From: Myxococcota bacterium
GTDB taxonomy: Bacteria; Myxococcota_A; UBA796; UBA2385
Reading direction: 5' to 3'
DNA length: 64,000 nucleotides
Assembly (NCBI GenBank): GCA_044344255.1
Contig: JBIJDH010000008.1
Location: 96,001-160,000 of the forward strand
Shown: positions 53,603-63,087 of the stretch, piece by piece
How positions within the stretch are numbered: the stretch's first letter is position 1
Layout: each line of letters starts with the position of its first letter
The notes under the pieces: generated by a model
Database searches by the model: none
Seen by the model: only the letters and a program-made list of their open reading frames with translations
Told to the model about the DNA's origin: nothing
Position numbers and translations under genes: made by a program

Positions 53603-54566
53603 GGAGGGAGTCGGGGCAGCCGTCCTCGTCGTTCAGGTCATTGATCGTCTCGGCGTCAGCGGGGCACTGGTCCAAAGCATCTTCGATGCCGTCCTGATCG
53701 CGGTCGCCGGCCACCGCTCCGTCGCCGGGGTCGGGCTCGGTCACGAGCGGGTTGGGGTGCTTGCGGATGAGGAAGTCATCGAGGTTGACCGGCGCAGGCT
53801 CCTCGGGGGCGCTCACGGTCCCGCTCAGGCCCTCCCGAACACCGGGGAGATCGAGGACCGGCGTGGTGCGGTAGGCGATCGCCACCGGCTCGAGGCTGGC
53901 CTGCGAGCAAGCCATCGACAGCGAGGCCTCGGCAGAGCCCAGCATCACGAAGCGGCCACCCGCGTCGACGCGCCCGCAGGTCTGCTCGGCGATCTCGGCG
54001 GTGAGCACCTCCTGGACGACGTACATCGCCGAGAGATCGGCGCCGCCCCGCCCGGCCGCGACGAGCACCTCGCGGCAAGCCGGAGTGGGCACCATCTTCA
54101 AGAGCGGCAGCGCGACGTGCTCCGGAGTGCCGAATTTCACCTTCTTCACGAGGCTGCCGCCGGCCTGGACACGACCCGCGCCCACGTCGACGCTGACCCC
54201 GGCTTGCAGCTGCGTCACCACCTCGGCGGCGGTGTAGGTGCTGCGGCTCGCGGCGACGGTGAAGCAGTCGTCGATCTGCAGGCGGTCGCCCTGCCCAGAG
54301 CGCTGGAAGACGTAGCCGACCTTGAAGGCGCCCGAGAGCTCGGGCGTGGGCGACCAGCCCGTGCGCTCGAGGAGGCGCGCCAGGGCGGGGATATCGCCGG
54401 CGTTGGCCGCGGGGCCGCTGTCCGAAACGAGCTCCCCCTCGATCTGCTGCTGCGCCTTCTCCCTCGCCGAGCCCCGCTCCCGGGCCGCGGCCGAGCCACC
54501 CAGGAGCAGGAGCGCGGCGGCGAGACGCAGGGGGAAGGCGGAGGTGGGGGTCCAGCGGGGGATCAT
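53580..54566 (-). CDS. Secreted protein with possible gasdermin-like domain and C-terminal thrombospondin type-3 Ca-binding repeat
   Basis: GGAG RBS; signal peptide ending SAAA; YVVQEVL and IAYR motifs; DRDQDGIEDALDQCP...DEDGCPD. Confidence 0.65.
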   Translation of the reverse strand: MIPRWTPTSAFPLRLAAALLLLGGSAAARERGSAREKAQQQIEGELVSDSGPAANAGDIPALARLLERTGWSPTPELSGAFKVGYVFQRSGQGDRLQIDDCFTVAASRSTYTAAEVVTQLQAGVSVDVGAGRVQAGGSLVKKVKFGTPEHVALPLLKMVPTPACREVLVAAGRGGADLSAMYVVQEVLTAEIAEQTCGRVDAGGRFVMLGSAEASLSMACSQASLEPVAIAYRTTPVLDLPGVREGLSGTVSAPEEPAPVNLDDFLIRKHPNPLVTEPDPGDGAVAGDRDQDGIEDALDQCPADAETINDLNDEDGCPDSLLKSLMIP

Positions 54567-54640
54567 CGGCGCTCCAGGTGAGCAGCGTATCCAGCGCGAC
54601 GCGCCCGCCCCCCACCGGGCCCCCAGATCGAGGAACCCGT

Positions 54641-54673
54641 TTGTGGAACCAATTGTGGAACCCTTTGTGGAAC
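54641..54673. repeat. Three TTGTGGAAC direct repeats with 12-bp period
   Basis: Copies at 54641, 54653 and 54665, plus a partial GGAACC at 54632; intergenic. Confidence 0.85.
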
Positions 54674-54811
54674 GAGACGCCCCTCCCCCCCTCCCGCGGA
54701 GGGGGGGACAAGGGATAGGGGGCCCCACTCGCCCCGGTCTGCCCTGCAGCCCGGCTCCCCCCGCGCGGCCCTCCGCGCCCACCTCCCCCGCGTTGTCCCC
54801 CGGAGGCCAAC

Positions 54812-57800
54812 TTGGCCGGTCCCCGCCTGATCCAGGACGCGCCCGACGCACCCGAAGAGCCCGGCAGCCAGGACGTCGAGGGCCTGCTGGCCGAGCTCCG
54901 AAAGGCCCGAGAAGAGGCCCGCTGGGCCCGCGCCGAGGCCCTCGCCGCCTCGGCGAAGGTCGATCGCGCCGCCACGCAGGTCCAGCAGGCCCGCGCCGAG
55001 ACCGAGGCTGCCTTTCACGACGCGGCTTACGCCCGCGCCGAGGTCCGCGCCGCCGAGGAGGCCGAAGAGCTGGCCCGCCAAGCCATGGACTCCCTCAACA
55101 GCGACCTGCGGTCCGCGAAGCTCGACCTCGACCTCGTCAAGGCCGACGCCGCCCAGCGCGTGAAGGCCGCCGACGCCGACGTCCACGCCGCCCGCACCGA
55201 GACCCGCACCCTCCGCGCCCAGATCGAGGGCCTCCGCGAGAACCTGCGGGACGCCGACCGGGCCCGCGAGGAGGCAAAGGAGCAGGCCGAAGAGGCCCGC
55301 GAGGTGGCGCTCGGCGCCTCGGCGGAGCGAGATCAGGCCGCCCAGAAGGCCCTCGTGTTGGTGGCCCAGGTCAACGCCGCCTGCGCCGAGACCGCCGAGG
55401 CCCGGAGCGCCCTCGCCGCCGCCCGCGCGGAGTCGGAGGGCCTGCGGATCGAGGCCGCGGCCCTGGACAAGTCGAACAACTACCTCGAGGCCCTGCGGGT
55501 CCGCACCGAGGAAGACCTCCGCCTCCTCCGCGGTGAGCGCGACCGCCTCCTCCGCCGCGCCGACGCCGCGGAGGCCCAGCTCCCCGGCCTGGAGGCCGCT
55601 CGAGGCGCGCTCACCGTCGAGCGCGACCAGCTCCGCGCCGAGGCCCAAGCCCTCCGCCAGCGGGCGGAGTCCGCGGAGAACGAAGGCCGACAGCTGCACA
55701 CCGCCTCCGACACCTGGCGGAGCACCGCCGAGGCCCGCTCGGCCGAGCTCGACACGCTGCAGGGCCGCATCGTCGAGGTCGAGCGCCAGCGGGAGGCCAC
55801 TCACGCCGCCCTCGACGCGGCCCAGGCGGAGAGCCGAAAGCTCCTGGCCCGACGCGACGCCGCCCGGCTGGAGATCGAGCAGCTTCAAGCGAACCAGAGC
55901 GGCCTCGTGGGCCAGCTCCACGCCTTGAGCGACGAGATCTTGAGGCTCCAGGACGAGCTGGACCGCGCCTCGCAAGCCACGGCCGCCGCGCAGGCGCAGG
56001 TGGAGCGCACCCGCGTCGAGCTCGAGCGGAGCCGCGGCGAGGTGGAGCGACTCGCGGCCGCCGAGGCCGGCCAGCGAGAGCTCGCCGCTCGAGCCGCCGC
56101 TGAGGCCGAGCGGGCCCGTCAAGAGTCCACGGCTGCCCTCCAGCGGGTGATCGAGGCGGAGCAGGAACGCGACCTCGCGATCCAGGCCGCGGGCGCCGAG
56201 CGAGACGAGGCCTTCGTCACCGCCCGCGCCGAGCGAGACGAGGCCATCGGCGCCGCCCGCGGAGAGCGAGACGAGGCCATCGGCGCCGCCCGCGCCGAGC
56301 GAGACGAGGCCATCGACGCCGCCCGCGCAGAGGCCACGGCCGCCGTTGCCCGCGCAGAGGCCGAGCTGGCCCGCGTGACCCGCGAAGCGCAGCGCTCGAT
56401 CGAGTCCGCCGAGCGGGCGGCGACCGAGGCAGAGTCGGCCCGCCAGCGGATGGAGGCCGGGCTGGAGGCCGCACGCGCCCGCGCCATCGAAGCCGCCAAC
56501 GCCGAGAAGGACGCGGCCATCGCCGAGGCTCGCGCGCGCGCCGCCCAGTCGGTCGCGGAGGCCCAGACGATCGCGGCGAAGGCCATCGCCGAGGCCGCGC
56601 TGGAGCGAGATCGGGCCGTGACGACCGCCCGCGACGAGCGGGACACCGCGGTGGCCGCGGCCGATGCCGAGCGGGACGCCGCCGTCGACGCCGCGAGAGA
56701 CGAGGCCCGCAGCGCCTGGCTCCAGGCCCGCACCGCCGCCGCCGAGGCCGAGCAGGCCCGCGAGGCGGCCGACTTCACGCGTCGGGAGGCGGACCGCGCC
56801 CACACCGCCGAGGCGCGCGCCGAGGCGGAGGCCGCAGGCGCCGTCACGGCCCGAGAGGAGGCCCTGGAGGCGCTCCGCCGAGCCGAGCTCGAGGCCGATC
56901 GCGCCCAGACCGAGCGCGAGACCGCCTTCCGGGCCGCCGAGGCCGCGAGGACAGAGACCGCCCGCGCCACAGCGCAGCGAGAGCAGGCCGAGGCCCAGGC
57001 CGAGCAGGCCCGCCGCGAGGCCGACGCCGCCCGCTCCGAGCGCGACCGGTCGATGGGAGAGAGCCGCAGCGCGCTGCAGCAGGCCCTGGAGTCCGAGGCG
57101 CGGCGTCAGCAGGCCCTCGCCGATCGGGCCGAGGCCCTGGCGGCGGCAGAGCGCACCGCCCAGGAGGCTCGGGAAGAGGCCGCGCGGGCCTGGGCTCAGG
57201 CGCGTCAGGACATCCAACAGGCCCGCACCACCGCAGCGAGCCAGGTCGCCGAGGCGGAGTCGAGGCGAGACGCCGCCGAGGCCGAGCGCGAGCGCGCCGT
57301 CGCCGAGGCCGGCCGCGACCGCGCCGAGGCCAGCCGCTCTGCGGCCGACCGCGACGCCGCCCACGAGGCCCGAGAGCGGGCCCTCGCCGAGGCCGAGGCC
57401 GCGCGGGGGCTCGCCCACCGCGCCCTCCTCGCTCAGCGGGTCGCCGAGCAGGCAGCAGAGCGCGCGATCGGCGAAGCCGAGGTCGCCGCCGCAGAGGCCG
57501 TGGCCGCCGCCCGAGTCGCCGAGGGGGCCCACGTTCGCGCTCAGGAGGCCGACGAGCGGGCGCGCCAGCACCTCCTCGCCGAGGCCGAGGCTCGTCAGGT
57601 CGCCGAGGCCGCCGAGGCGCGCGCCGCGGGCGCCCTCACCCAGCAGGCCCGCGCCGAATCGGAGGCCGAGGCCGCCCTGGCGCGAGCCCGACAGGCCGAA
57701 GAGGACCGCGAGCTGGCGCTGAGCGCCGCCGGCCGGGTGCTCGTCACCGCCACCCGCGCAGGAGACGCGGCGGAGCGCAGCCGCGCCGAGCGAGACCGCG

Positions 57801-58867
57801 CACAAGCCCTGGCCGACGCCGCCGCTGAGCGCGCCGCCGAGGCCGAGGCCGAGCTCGCCCTGCGGACGCGCCTCGTCGCCGACCTTCAGGTCGAGCGAGA
57901 CCGGGCCCAGGACGCCGCCGAGCAGCACCAGGACGCCCTGCTGGCCCTGCAAGAAGAGCTGCTGCGCGCCTTGGCTGAGGCCCGCGCCGCCCAAGCGGCC
58001 GCCGCCGCCCAGGAGGTGGAGGCAGAGACCGCCCTCCGCCTGAAGGCGGCGGCCGAGCGCGCCGCTGGGGAGGCCTTGGCGGCCGCCCACGCTGCCAAGG
58101 ACTCCGTCGAAGGGCTGCAGCTCGAGCGGGACACCGCGCTCGCGGCGGCCACGGTCGCGCGGGAGGAGGCCGACAAGGTCCTCCACCAGCGCAGCAACGC
58201 CCGCAACGAGGCCGCCCGGTACGCCGCAGAGCTCGAGCGGAGCCGCCTCGAGCTCCAGGGCCACATCGAGGAGGCCCGCGCCGCCATCGAGGCCCGCGAC
58301 GAGGCCCTCGCCGAGGCCAGCGCCGCCCGTCGGCAGCTCATGGCGGCCCTCTCCAACCGTGAGCAGTCCAGCCGGGCCGGCGAGGAGGCCCGCCGCCAGA
58401 GCGAGCAGGCCGAGTCCGTAGCCGAGGCCGCCCGCGCTGAGCGGGACGCCCTCCGCGCCGAGCGGGACACGATCCGAGAGGCCTTACACCGCGCGCGAGA
58501 GAACGAAGCGGCGCTGCTGTCCACGGCCGCGCAGAGCGTCCGTCGGGCGCAGGCCGAGGCCGAGGGCGTGCGCGCCCAGCTCAGTCAGCTCCAGGTCCAG
58601 CTGCGCCTCGGGGTCACCGAGTCCACCCGCGAGGTCCACGAGGCCCGGGGGCGCCTCGCAGGCACCGAGACCCAGCTCCTCGAGCTCCGCCAGATCGAGC
58701 TGCGGCTGCGCGCCGAGATCAGCGCCCTCGAAGAGCGGCTCCGCGCCGCACAGACCGAGGCCGAGGCGGCGCGAAACGAGCAGAGCGAGACCCTCGCCTG
58801 GGTGATGCGCACGGTGCGACCGGACCCGAGTCCGCGCCCGGACGTCCAGGCCCTCGAGGAGGCCTGA
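54812..58867 (+). CDS. Very long Ala/Glu/Arg-rich coiled-coil protein (1351 aa)
   Basis: GGAGG plus TTG; continuous helical composition, almost no Pro internally; no Walker motif or TM seen. Confidence 0.8.
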   Translation: MAGPRLIQDAPDAPEEPGSQDVEGLLAELRKAREEARWARAEALAASAKVDRAATQVQQARAETEAAFHDAAYARAEVRAAEEAEELARQAMDSLNSDLRSAKLDLDLVKADAAQRVKAADADVHAARTETRTLRAQIEGLRENLRDADRAREEAKEQAEEAREVALGASAERDQAAQKALVLVAQVNAACAETAEARSALAAARAESEGLRIEAAALDKSNNYLEALRVRTEEDLRLLRGERDRLLRRADAAEAQLPGLEAARGALTVERDQLRAEAQALRQRAESAENEGRQLHTASDTWRSTAEARSAELDTLQGRIVEVERQREATHAALDAAQAESRKLLARRDAARLEIEQLQANQSGLVGQLHALSDEILRLQDELDRASQATAAAQAQVERTRVELERSRGEVERLAAAEAGQRELAARAAAEAERARQESTAALQRVIEAEQERDLAIQAAGAERDEAFVTARAERDEAIGAARGERDEAIGAARAERDEAIDAARAEATAAVARAEAELARVTREAQRSIESAERAATEAESARQRMEAGLEAARARAIEAANAEKDAAIAEARARAAQSVAEAQTIAAKAIAEAALERDRAVTTARDERDTAVAAADAERDAAVDAARDEARSAWLQARTAAAEAEQAREAADFTRREADRAHTAEARAEAEAAGAVTAREEALEALRRAELEADRAQTERETAFRAAEAARTETARATAQREQAEAQAEQARREADAARSERDRSMGESRSALQQALESEARRQQALADRAEALAAAERTAQEAREEAARAWAQARQDIQQARTTAASQVAEAESRRDAAEAERERAVAEAGRDRAEASRSAADRDAAHEARERALAEAEAARGLAHRALLAQRVAEQAAERAIGEAEVAAAEAVAAARVAEGAHVRAQEADERARQHLLAEAEARQVAEAAEARAAGALTQQARAESEAEAALARARQAEEDRELALSAAGRVLVTATRAGDAAERSRAERDRAQALADAAAERAAEAEAELALRTRLVADLQVERDRAQDAAEQHQDALLALQEELLRALAEARAAQAAAAAQEVEAETALRLKAAAERAAGEALAAAHAAKDSVEGLQLERDTALAAATVAREEADKVLHQRSNARNEAARYAAELERSRLELQGHIEEARAAIEARDEALAEASAARRQLMAALSNREQSSRAGEEARRQSEQAESVAEAARAERDALRAERDTIREALHRARENEAALLSTAAQSVRRAQAEAEGVRAQLSQLQVQLRLGVTESTREVHEARGRLAGTETQLLELRQIELRLRAEISALEERLRAAQTEAEAARNEQSETLAWVMRTVRPDPSPRPDVQALEEA
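56195..56326 (+). repeat. Four 33-bp tandem repeats (AERDEAIxAAR)
   Basis: GCCGAGCGAGACGAGGCCATCGGCGCCGCCCGC and variants. Confidence 0.85.
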
Positions 58868-58870
58868 GCC

Positions 58871-59737
58871 ATGGCCCAGCCCGAAGCGCTCCGCTGGGGG
58901 GTCGTCGGGCTCGGCTCGGCCGGTCGATCCCGCACCGAGGCCCTCCGACAAGACCCGCGCGCCGAGGTGATCTGCGGCTTTCGCGGCGGCGTGGCCGCGG
59001 CAGGGCTCCCGGTCGCCTCGAGCGTGGAGGCCTTGCTCGAAGAGGTAGACGCGGTCGCCATCTGCTCCCCCGATGACACCCACCCCGCCCTGGTCGAACA
59101 GGCGCTGCGTGCGGGCCGCCATGTGCTCGTCGAGTACCCGCTCGCGCCCGATCCCGACTCCGTGCACCGCCTCTTCGACCTCGCAGCCCAGGTCGGGAGG
59201 GTCCTCTACGTCGAGCACATCGAGGTGCTGGGCGCGGCCGCGCGCTTCATCCGTGAGCGGGCGGCCGGTCGCGAGCTCCACGGCGGCGCCCTCCGCTTCG
59301 TCGGCCTTCCACGGGCCGGCACCTGGTCGCTGGCCCACAGCAACGTGGCGCGCCTGCACCGCCTGGTCGACGCCGTCGGCTTCCCCGTCGCCGTCGAGTC
59401 CGAGACCCGCGAGCCGGACCACCTCACCGCGATCCTCCGCTACGATCGGCACTGCACCGTCGAGCTCGATCTCCGCGCCGAACCCGGCGCGCGGCGTCGC
59501 ATGGAGCTCGCGCTCCAGCTCCAGGGCGGCGATCTCCTCCAAGCCGGTGACATCGTCTTCGATCGCGGTCTCCCCGTGAACCTCGGCGACGGGCCGGGGC
59601 TCTTCCTCCGAGACCAGCGCATGGCCAGCGCCGCGATGCTCGACGGTGCCCCCCTCCCCATCGGCCCCGAGCGTGAGGCCGGCCTAGCCTCCTTGGCGAT
59701 GCGCCTCGCCGGCCCGACCGTCCGCCTCCCCGGCTGA
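58871..59737 (+). CDS. Gfo/Idh/MocA oxidoreductase, biliverdin-reductase-like
   Basis: GVVGLGSAG, ICSP...H, HVLVEYPLA, VEHIE.L. Confidence 0.75.
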   Translation: MAQPEALRWGVVGLGSAGRSRTEALRQDPRAEVICGFRGGVAAAGLPVASSVEALLEEVDAVAICSPDDTHPALVEQALRAGRHVLVEYPLAPDPDSVHRLFDLAAQVGRVLYVEHIEVLGAAARFIRERAAGRELHGGALRFVGLPRAGTWSLAHSNVARLHRLVDAVGFPVAVESETREPDHLTAILRYDRHCTVELDLRAEPGARRRMELALQLQGGDLLQAGDIVFDRGLPVNLGDGPGLFLRDQRMASAAMLDGAPLPIGPEREAGLASLAMRLAGPTVRLPG

Positions 59738-59904
59738 GCGCGCGAGGGCTGTCGATCCGATCAGGGATCGCGTCGCGATCGGCGACGCCGAGGTCGGGGC
59801 ACCCTGCTCGAAGATCTGCTGTCCGCCGATCGAATGGACCAAACCGTTGACACGTCAACAGAATATCTCGGTCCTACCGGACAGAATTGGTCCTAGCCTT
59901 CGCC

Positions 59905-59934
59905 TTGACGGTGGGGGGCCCAGGCCGGTAGACT
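59905..59934 (+). promoter_or_regulatory. Sigma70-like promoter
   Basis: TTGACG-N18-TAGACT upstream of AGGAG and ATG 59959. Confidence 0.45.
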
Positions 59935-59958
59935 CTGGACACCAGTTCAGGAGTCCGC

Positions 59959-60306
59959 ATGTTCACCAGCTCGGTCGCTCACGCTGCAGATCTCGGCGGT
60001 TCCGCCTTCGGTCAGGCCGCTCTCGGTCAGGCCTCCTTCGGTCCGGCCGCCCTCGGCCCCGGCCTCGCCCCGTCCGGCTGGAGCACCCCCGCAGTTGAGG
60101 TCCTGACCGCCTTCTTCTCGGCGCGGCCCTTCGATCCGGCGCTGAGCGAGCTCCTCTGGACCGGCAGCGTCTCCACGCTCCTGCTGCTGGCCGGCGTCCT
60201 CACCGTCGCGATGTTGCCCTGGACTGACCGGGAGATCGGAGTGGTGCATGGGACGGCGCGCGGCCTCTTCTCGTGGGCGCCCCTGCGGGCCCTGGCTCGG
60301 CGCTGA
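59959..60306 (+). CDS. Small membrane protein
   Basis: AGGAG RBS; N-terminal 5-residue repeats (GSAF/GQAAL/GQASF/GPAAL); one TM. Confidence 0.55.
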   Translation: MFTSSVAHAADLGGSAFGQAALGQASFGPAALGPGLAPSGWSTPAVEVLTAFFSARPFDPALSELLWTGSVSTLLLLAGVLTVAMLPWTDREIGVVHGTARGLFSWAPLRALARR

Positions 60307-60357
60307 GCGGAGGCCCCGCCCTCCCTGACTGAACAGCCAGGGGGTTGCAGCCCGCGA

Positions 60358-61575
60358 TCAGGCGCTGAGGCGGTCCACCACGGCGATCACCTCGTCCACC
60401 TGCTCGGCGCTGTTCATCCAGTGCGGCGAGAAGCGGAGCCGGCCGTCCGGCAGGGCCACCGAGATCCCCGCCGCCTCGAGGCCCGCCTTCCAGCGCAGCA
60501 CATCCTCGCCGCGCGGGGGGAGCACCGAGAGGATCCCCGAACGCCCGGCCGCCCCAGGGGAGCGCAGGCTCACCCAACCCCGACCGACGAGCCCGGCCTC
60601 GAGGGTGTCGAGCAGCCCGCTCACATGCTCGAAGACGGCCGGGACCGAGAGCGCCTCGATGGGCGCGAGGCCCGCCTCCAAGGCCGCGAAGCCCACCGCG
60701 TTCCGGGCGCCGCCCTCGAGCATGTCGGCTCGTCGCCGGATGGGGCGATCGGAGCGCAGGTGGCCCGCTCCCTTGAAGAGGAAGTCCACCGGGTCTTCAT
60801 GGCTCAACCAGCCCGCCATCCGCGGGACGAGGGACGCCTCTCGCCCCGGCGCCACCCAGGCGAATCCGCAGCCTTCGAGGCCCATCAGCCACTTGTGCGC
60901 GCCCGCGACGAGGTAGTCGATGCCCAGCGCCGGCGCGTCGAGGGGAACGACGCCGAGGGCCTGGATGCCGTCCACGAAGAGCTCGGCGCCGGCCGCATGG
61001 GCCAAGCCGGCCAGCTCCCCGAGGGGCATGCGGAGCCCGGTGGAGAACTGCACCGCGCTGACGGCGATCAGCCGTGCGCCGCCACCGATGGCCCGCTCTA
61101 CGTCCGAGAGGCCGCTCCCGTCGACAAAGCCGTGGAGGGGGAGCCGGATCAGCTCCAGGTCGAAGGTGCGGGCCGCCTGCTCCCAGGGGGTCACGTTCGC
61201 GGGGAACTCCCCTTCGAACAACACGACCCGGTCGCCGCGCAGCCAGGGCAGCGAGAAGGCGATGTCGCGCACCCCCGCCGTCGTGCCCTCTGTCAGCGCG
61301 ATCTCCGCCGCGCTCCCCCCGACCAGCTGCGCCAGCCCAGCCCGGATGCGCTCGCGCTGACCGATCCAGGCGCCGATCGCCCCGATACCCTCCCGCGCGT
61401 AGCCCACGACCAGCTCGGACACGGCGGCTTCGACCAGTGAAGATGCAGGAGATACGCCCGCATGATTGAAGTATACGCCCTCCCGAAGCCGCGGGAAGAG
61501 GCGACGGTCGCCCAATCGGAGGTCGGGGGGGACGGTCGGCTGCGGGGCGAGGGAGGGTGCGGCGTGCATGCACAC
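60358..61575 (-). CDS. Class V PLP aminotransferase (cysteine desulfurase/C-S lyase-like)
   Basis: YFNHAG.SP, EFPAN, VDGIQ.LG, AHKWLMG..G.G, RFSPH..N. Confidence 0.9.
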   Translation of the reverse strand: MCMHAAPSLAPQPTVPPDLRLGDRRLFPRLREGVYFNHAGVSPASSLVEAAVSELVVGYAREGIGAIGAWIGQRERIRAGLAQLVGGSAAEIALTEGTTAGVRDIAFSLPWLRGDRVVLFEGEFPANVTPWEQAARTFDLELIRLPLHGFVDGSGLSDVERAIGGGARLIAVSAVQFSTGLRMPLGELAGLAHAAGAELFVDGIQALGVVPLDAPALGIDYLVAGAHKWLMGLEGCGFAWVAPGREASLVPRMAGWLSHEDPVDFLFKGAGHLRSDRPIRRRADMLEGGARNAVGFAALEAGLAPIEALSVPAVFEHVSGLLDTLEAGLVGRGWVSLRSPGAAGRSGILSVLPPRGEDVLRWKAGLEAAGISVALPDGRLRFSPHWMNSAEQVDEVIAVVDRLSA

Positions 61576-61803
61576 TCCCTGCCCGTCTCCGTCTCAAATT
61601 GCAAATCCAGGCCCGCTCCCTTGGCCGCAACACCCGACTGCGAATTACCATTCCCCACCGGGTCAGCTCCCGGCGGCCGGTGACCCCTCGCGCTCGCAAG
61701 GGGCTTGCAAACAGGTCGCTGGCACCGTAAACCCGAATCATCCACCGACTTGTCCTTCCACCAGGTGGTTCGTCCACCAAAGATTCTCCTCGGAGGTCCC
61801 TCG

Positions 61804-62433
61804 ATGAAGCGCCTTTCCCTGGTCACACTCGCCTTCGCCGGCTTCTCCATCCTTGCCTGCGCGGGCGGCGACGACGGCACCGCCACCGACGAGGGGGGCG
61901 AAGAGGAAGAGGGCGAGGAGATCGAAGCCGAAGATCTCCCCGAGATCGCGATCACCGAGCCCTGGCGCAGCATGAACCTGCCCCTGAACGACGGTCAGGT
62001 CGTGCTCTCCGATTCCAACGTCTTCCTGGCCGCCTACGACGCCGCCACCGTTCAGGGCCTCACCAACTCCTGGCCCGCTGCGGTCGAGGGCAAGGGCTGG
62101 GACAAGAGCTGGGACGGCTCTGACCCCACCTTCACCGTGATCATCTACACCAAGAAGGGCGGCACCCAGCAGCTCGGCCTCGCCATCGGCCAGGACGAGT
62201 CGGCTCCCGGCGTCACCTTCGTGTACCTCGAAGACCTCGACAAGGTCCCCGAGGGCGAGTCCACCGTGAAGTCGGCCAAGTCCGGCAAGCGGAAGATGGC
62301 TCGCACCAACACCTACAAGAGCAACCAGGCCACTCGCAACAGCCACAAGCGCAGCGGCGGCGGCACCAGCAAGAAGAGCGGCGGAAAGGGCGGCGATAAG
62401 AAGGGCGCCAAGAAGGGCAAGAAGCACGACTGA
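61804..62433 (+). CDS. Lipoprotein with acidic N-linker and Lys-rich C-terminal tail
   Basis: GGAGG RBS; MKR...ILAC lipobox; tail KKSGGKGGDKKGAKKGKKHD. Confidence 0.75.
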   Translation: MKRLSLVTLAFAGFSILACAGGDDGTATDEGGEEEEGEEIEAEDLPEIAITEPWRSMNLPLNDGQVVLSDSNVFLAAYDAATVQGLTNSWPAAVEGKGWDKSWDGSDPTFTVIIYTKKGGTQQLGLAIGQDESAPGVTFVYLEDLDKVPEGESTVKSAKSGKRKMARTNTYKSNQATRNSHKRSGGGTSKKSGGKGGDKKGAKKGKKHD

Positions 62434-62555
62434 GCCGAGACGCGCACCTCCACGGGCGCGCTCCCCCAACACGGCCGGCCCTCATCACCTGAGGCGCCGG
62501 CCGTTCCACTTCGCGGCGCGTCGATCGGCGCCGAGCGCAGGAGCCGGTCCGCCCG

Positions 62556-63005
62556 ATGTCCTCCAATGAACCACCCCTGTGGATGGCGCCGATCGTCGCG
62601 ATCGGCTTCCCCTTGGTGTTCGCGCTGTGGTGGAGCACGGTCGTCTGGATCATCTCGCGTGTCAGCGGCTGGTCCGCCCTCGCGGCCGCCTATGGCACCG
62701 ACCGACCCCTCCCCGATGACCACGTCTCCTTCGCCTCGGGGCGGATGCGGTGGGGCGCTCGGTACAACAACTCGCTCCACCTCGCGGCCACGGCCGAAGG
62801 GCTCTTCATCGACGTCTTCACGCTGTTCCGCCCCGGCCACGGGCGCCTCTTCATCCCATGGGGAGAGCTCCGCGCCACCGACGAGCGCGTGATGTTCGTG
62901 ATGCCGGCGCTGCGGCTGCAGAACCAGCGCGTGCCCGGCGTCCCCCTCGTGCTCTGGTCCGCCGACGCGCTGGCCCTCGTCCGCGCCCACCTGCCCGCCG
63001 CCTGA
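62556..63005 (+). CDS. Hypothetical membrane-anchored protein
   Basis: N-terminal TM, SGW..LA..Y, LFIPW.E; typical codon bias. Confidence 0.65.
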   Translation: MSSNEPPLWMAPIVAIGFPLVFALWWSTVVWIISRVSGWSALAAAYGTDRPLPDDHVSFASGRMRWGARYNNSLHLAATAEGLFIDVFTLFRPGHGRLFIPWGELRATDERVMFVMPALRLQNQRVPGVPLVLWSADALALVRAHLPAA

Positions 63006-63087
63006 GGCCGCCCGTCGGGCAGAGCGCGGCGGCAGAGCCCTCGAACGGCCCGCGCGTGCTACCCTGCCCCGCCTGCCGGAGAAGGAC

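Noticed and set aside
54632..54673. oriC or a bona fide parS site
   Set aside because: No full DnaA-box or palindromic parS consensus, no extended AT-rich unwinding element, and no dnaA or parAB nearby.
54563..58264. 1233-aa Gly/Leu-rich minus-strand ORF
   Set aside because: Antisense reading of the GCC/GAG/CGC-rich coiled-coil gene.
61576..61803. Possible sRNA or riboswitch in the intergenic gap
   Set aside because: No recognisable conserved structure; adequately explained by divergent promoters (e.g. TTGCAA-N17-TAAACC at 61705-61733).
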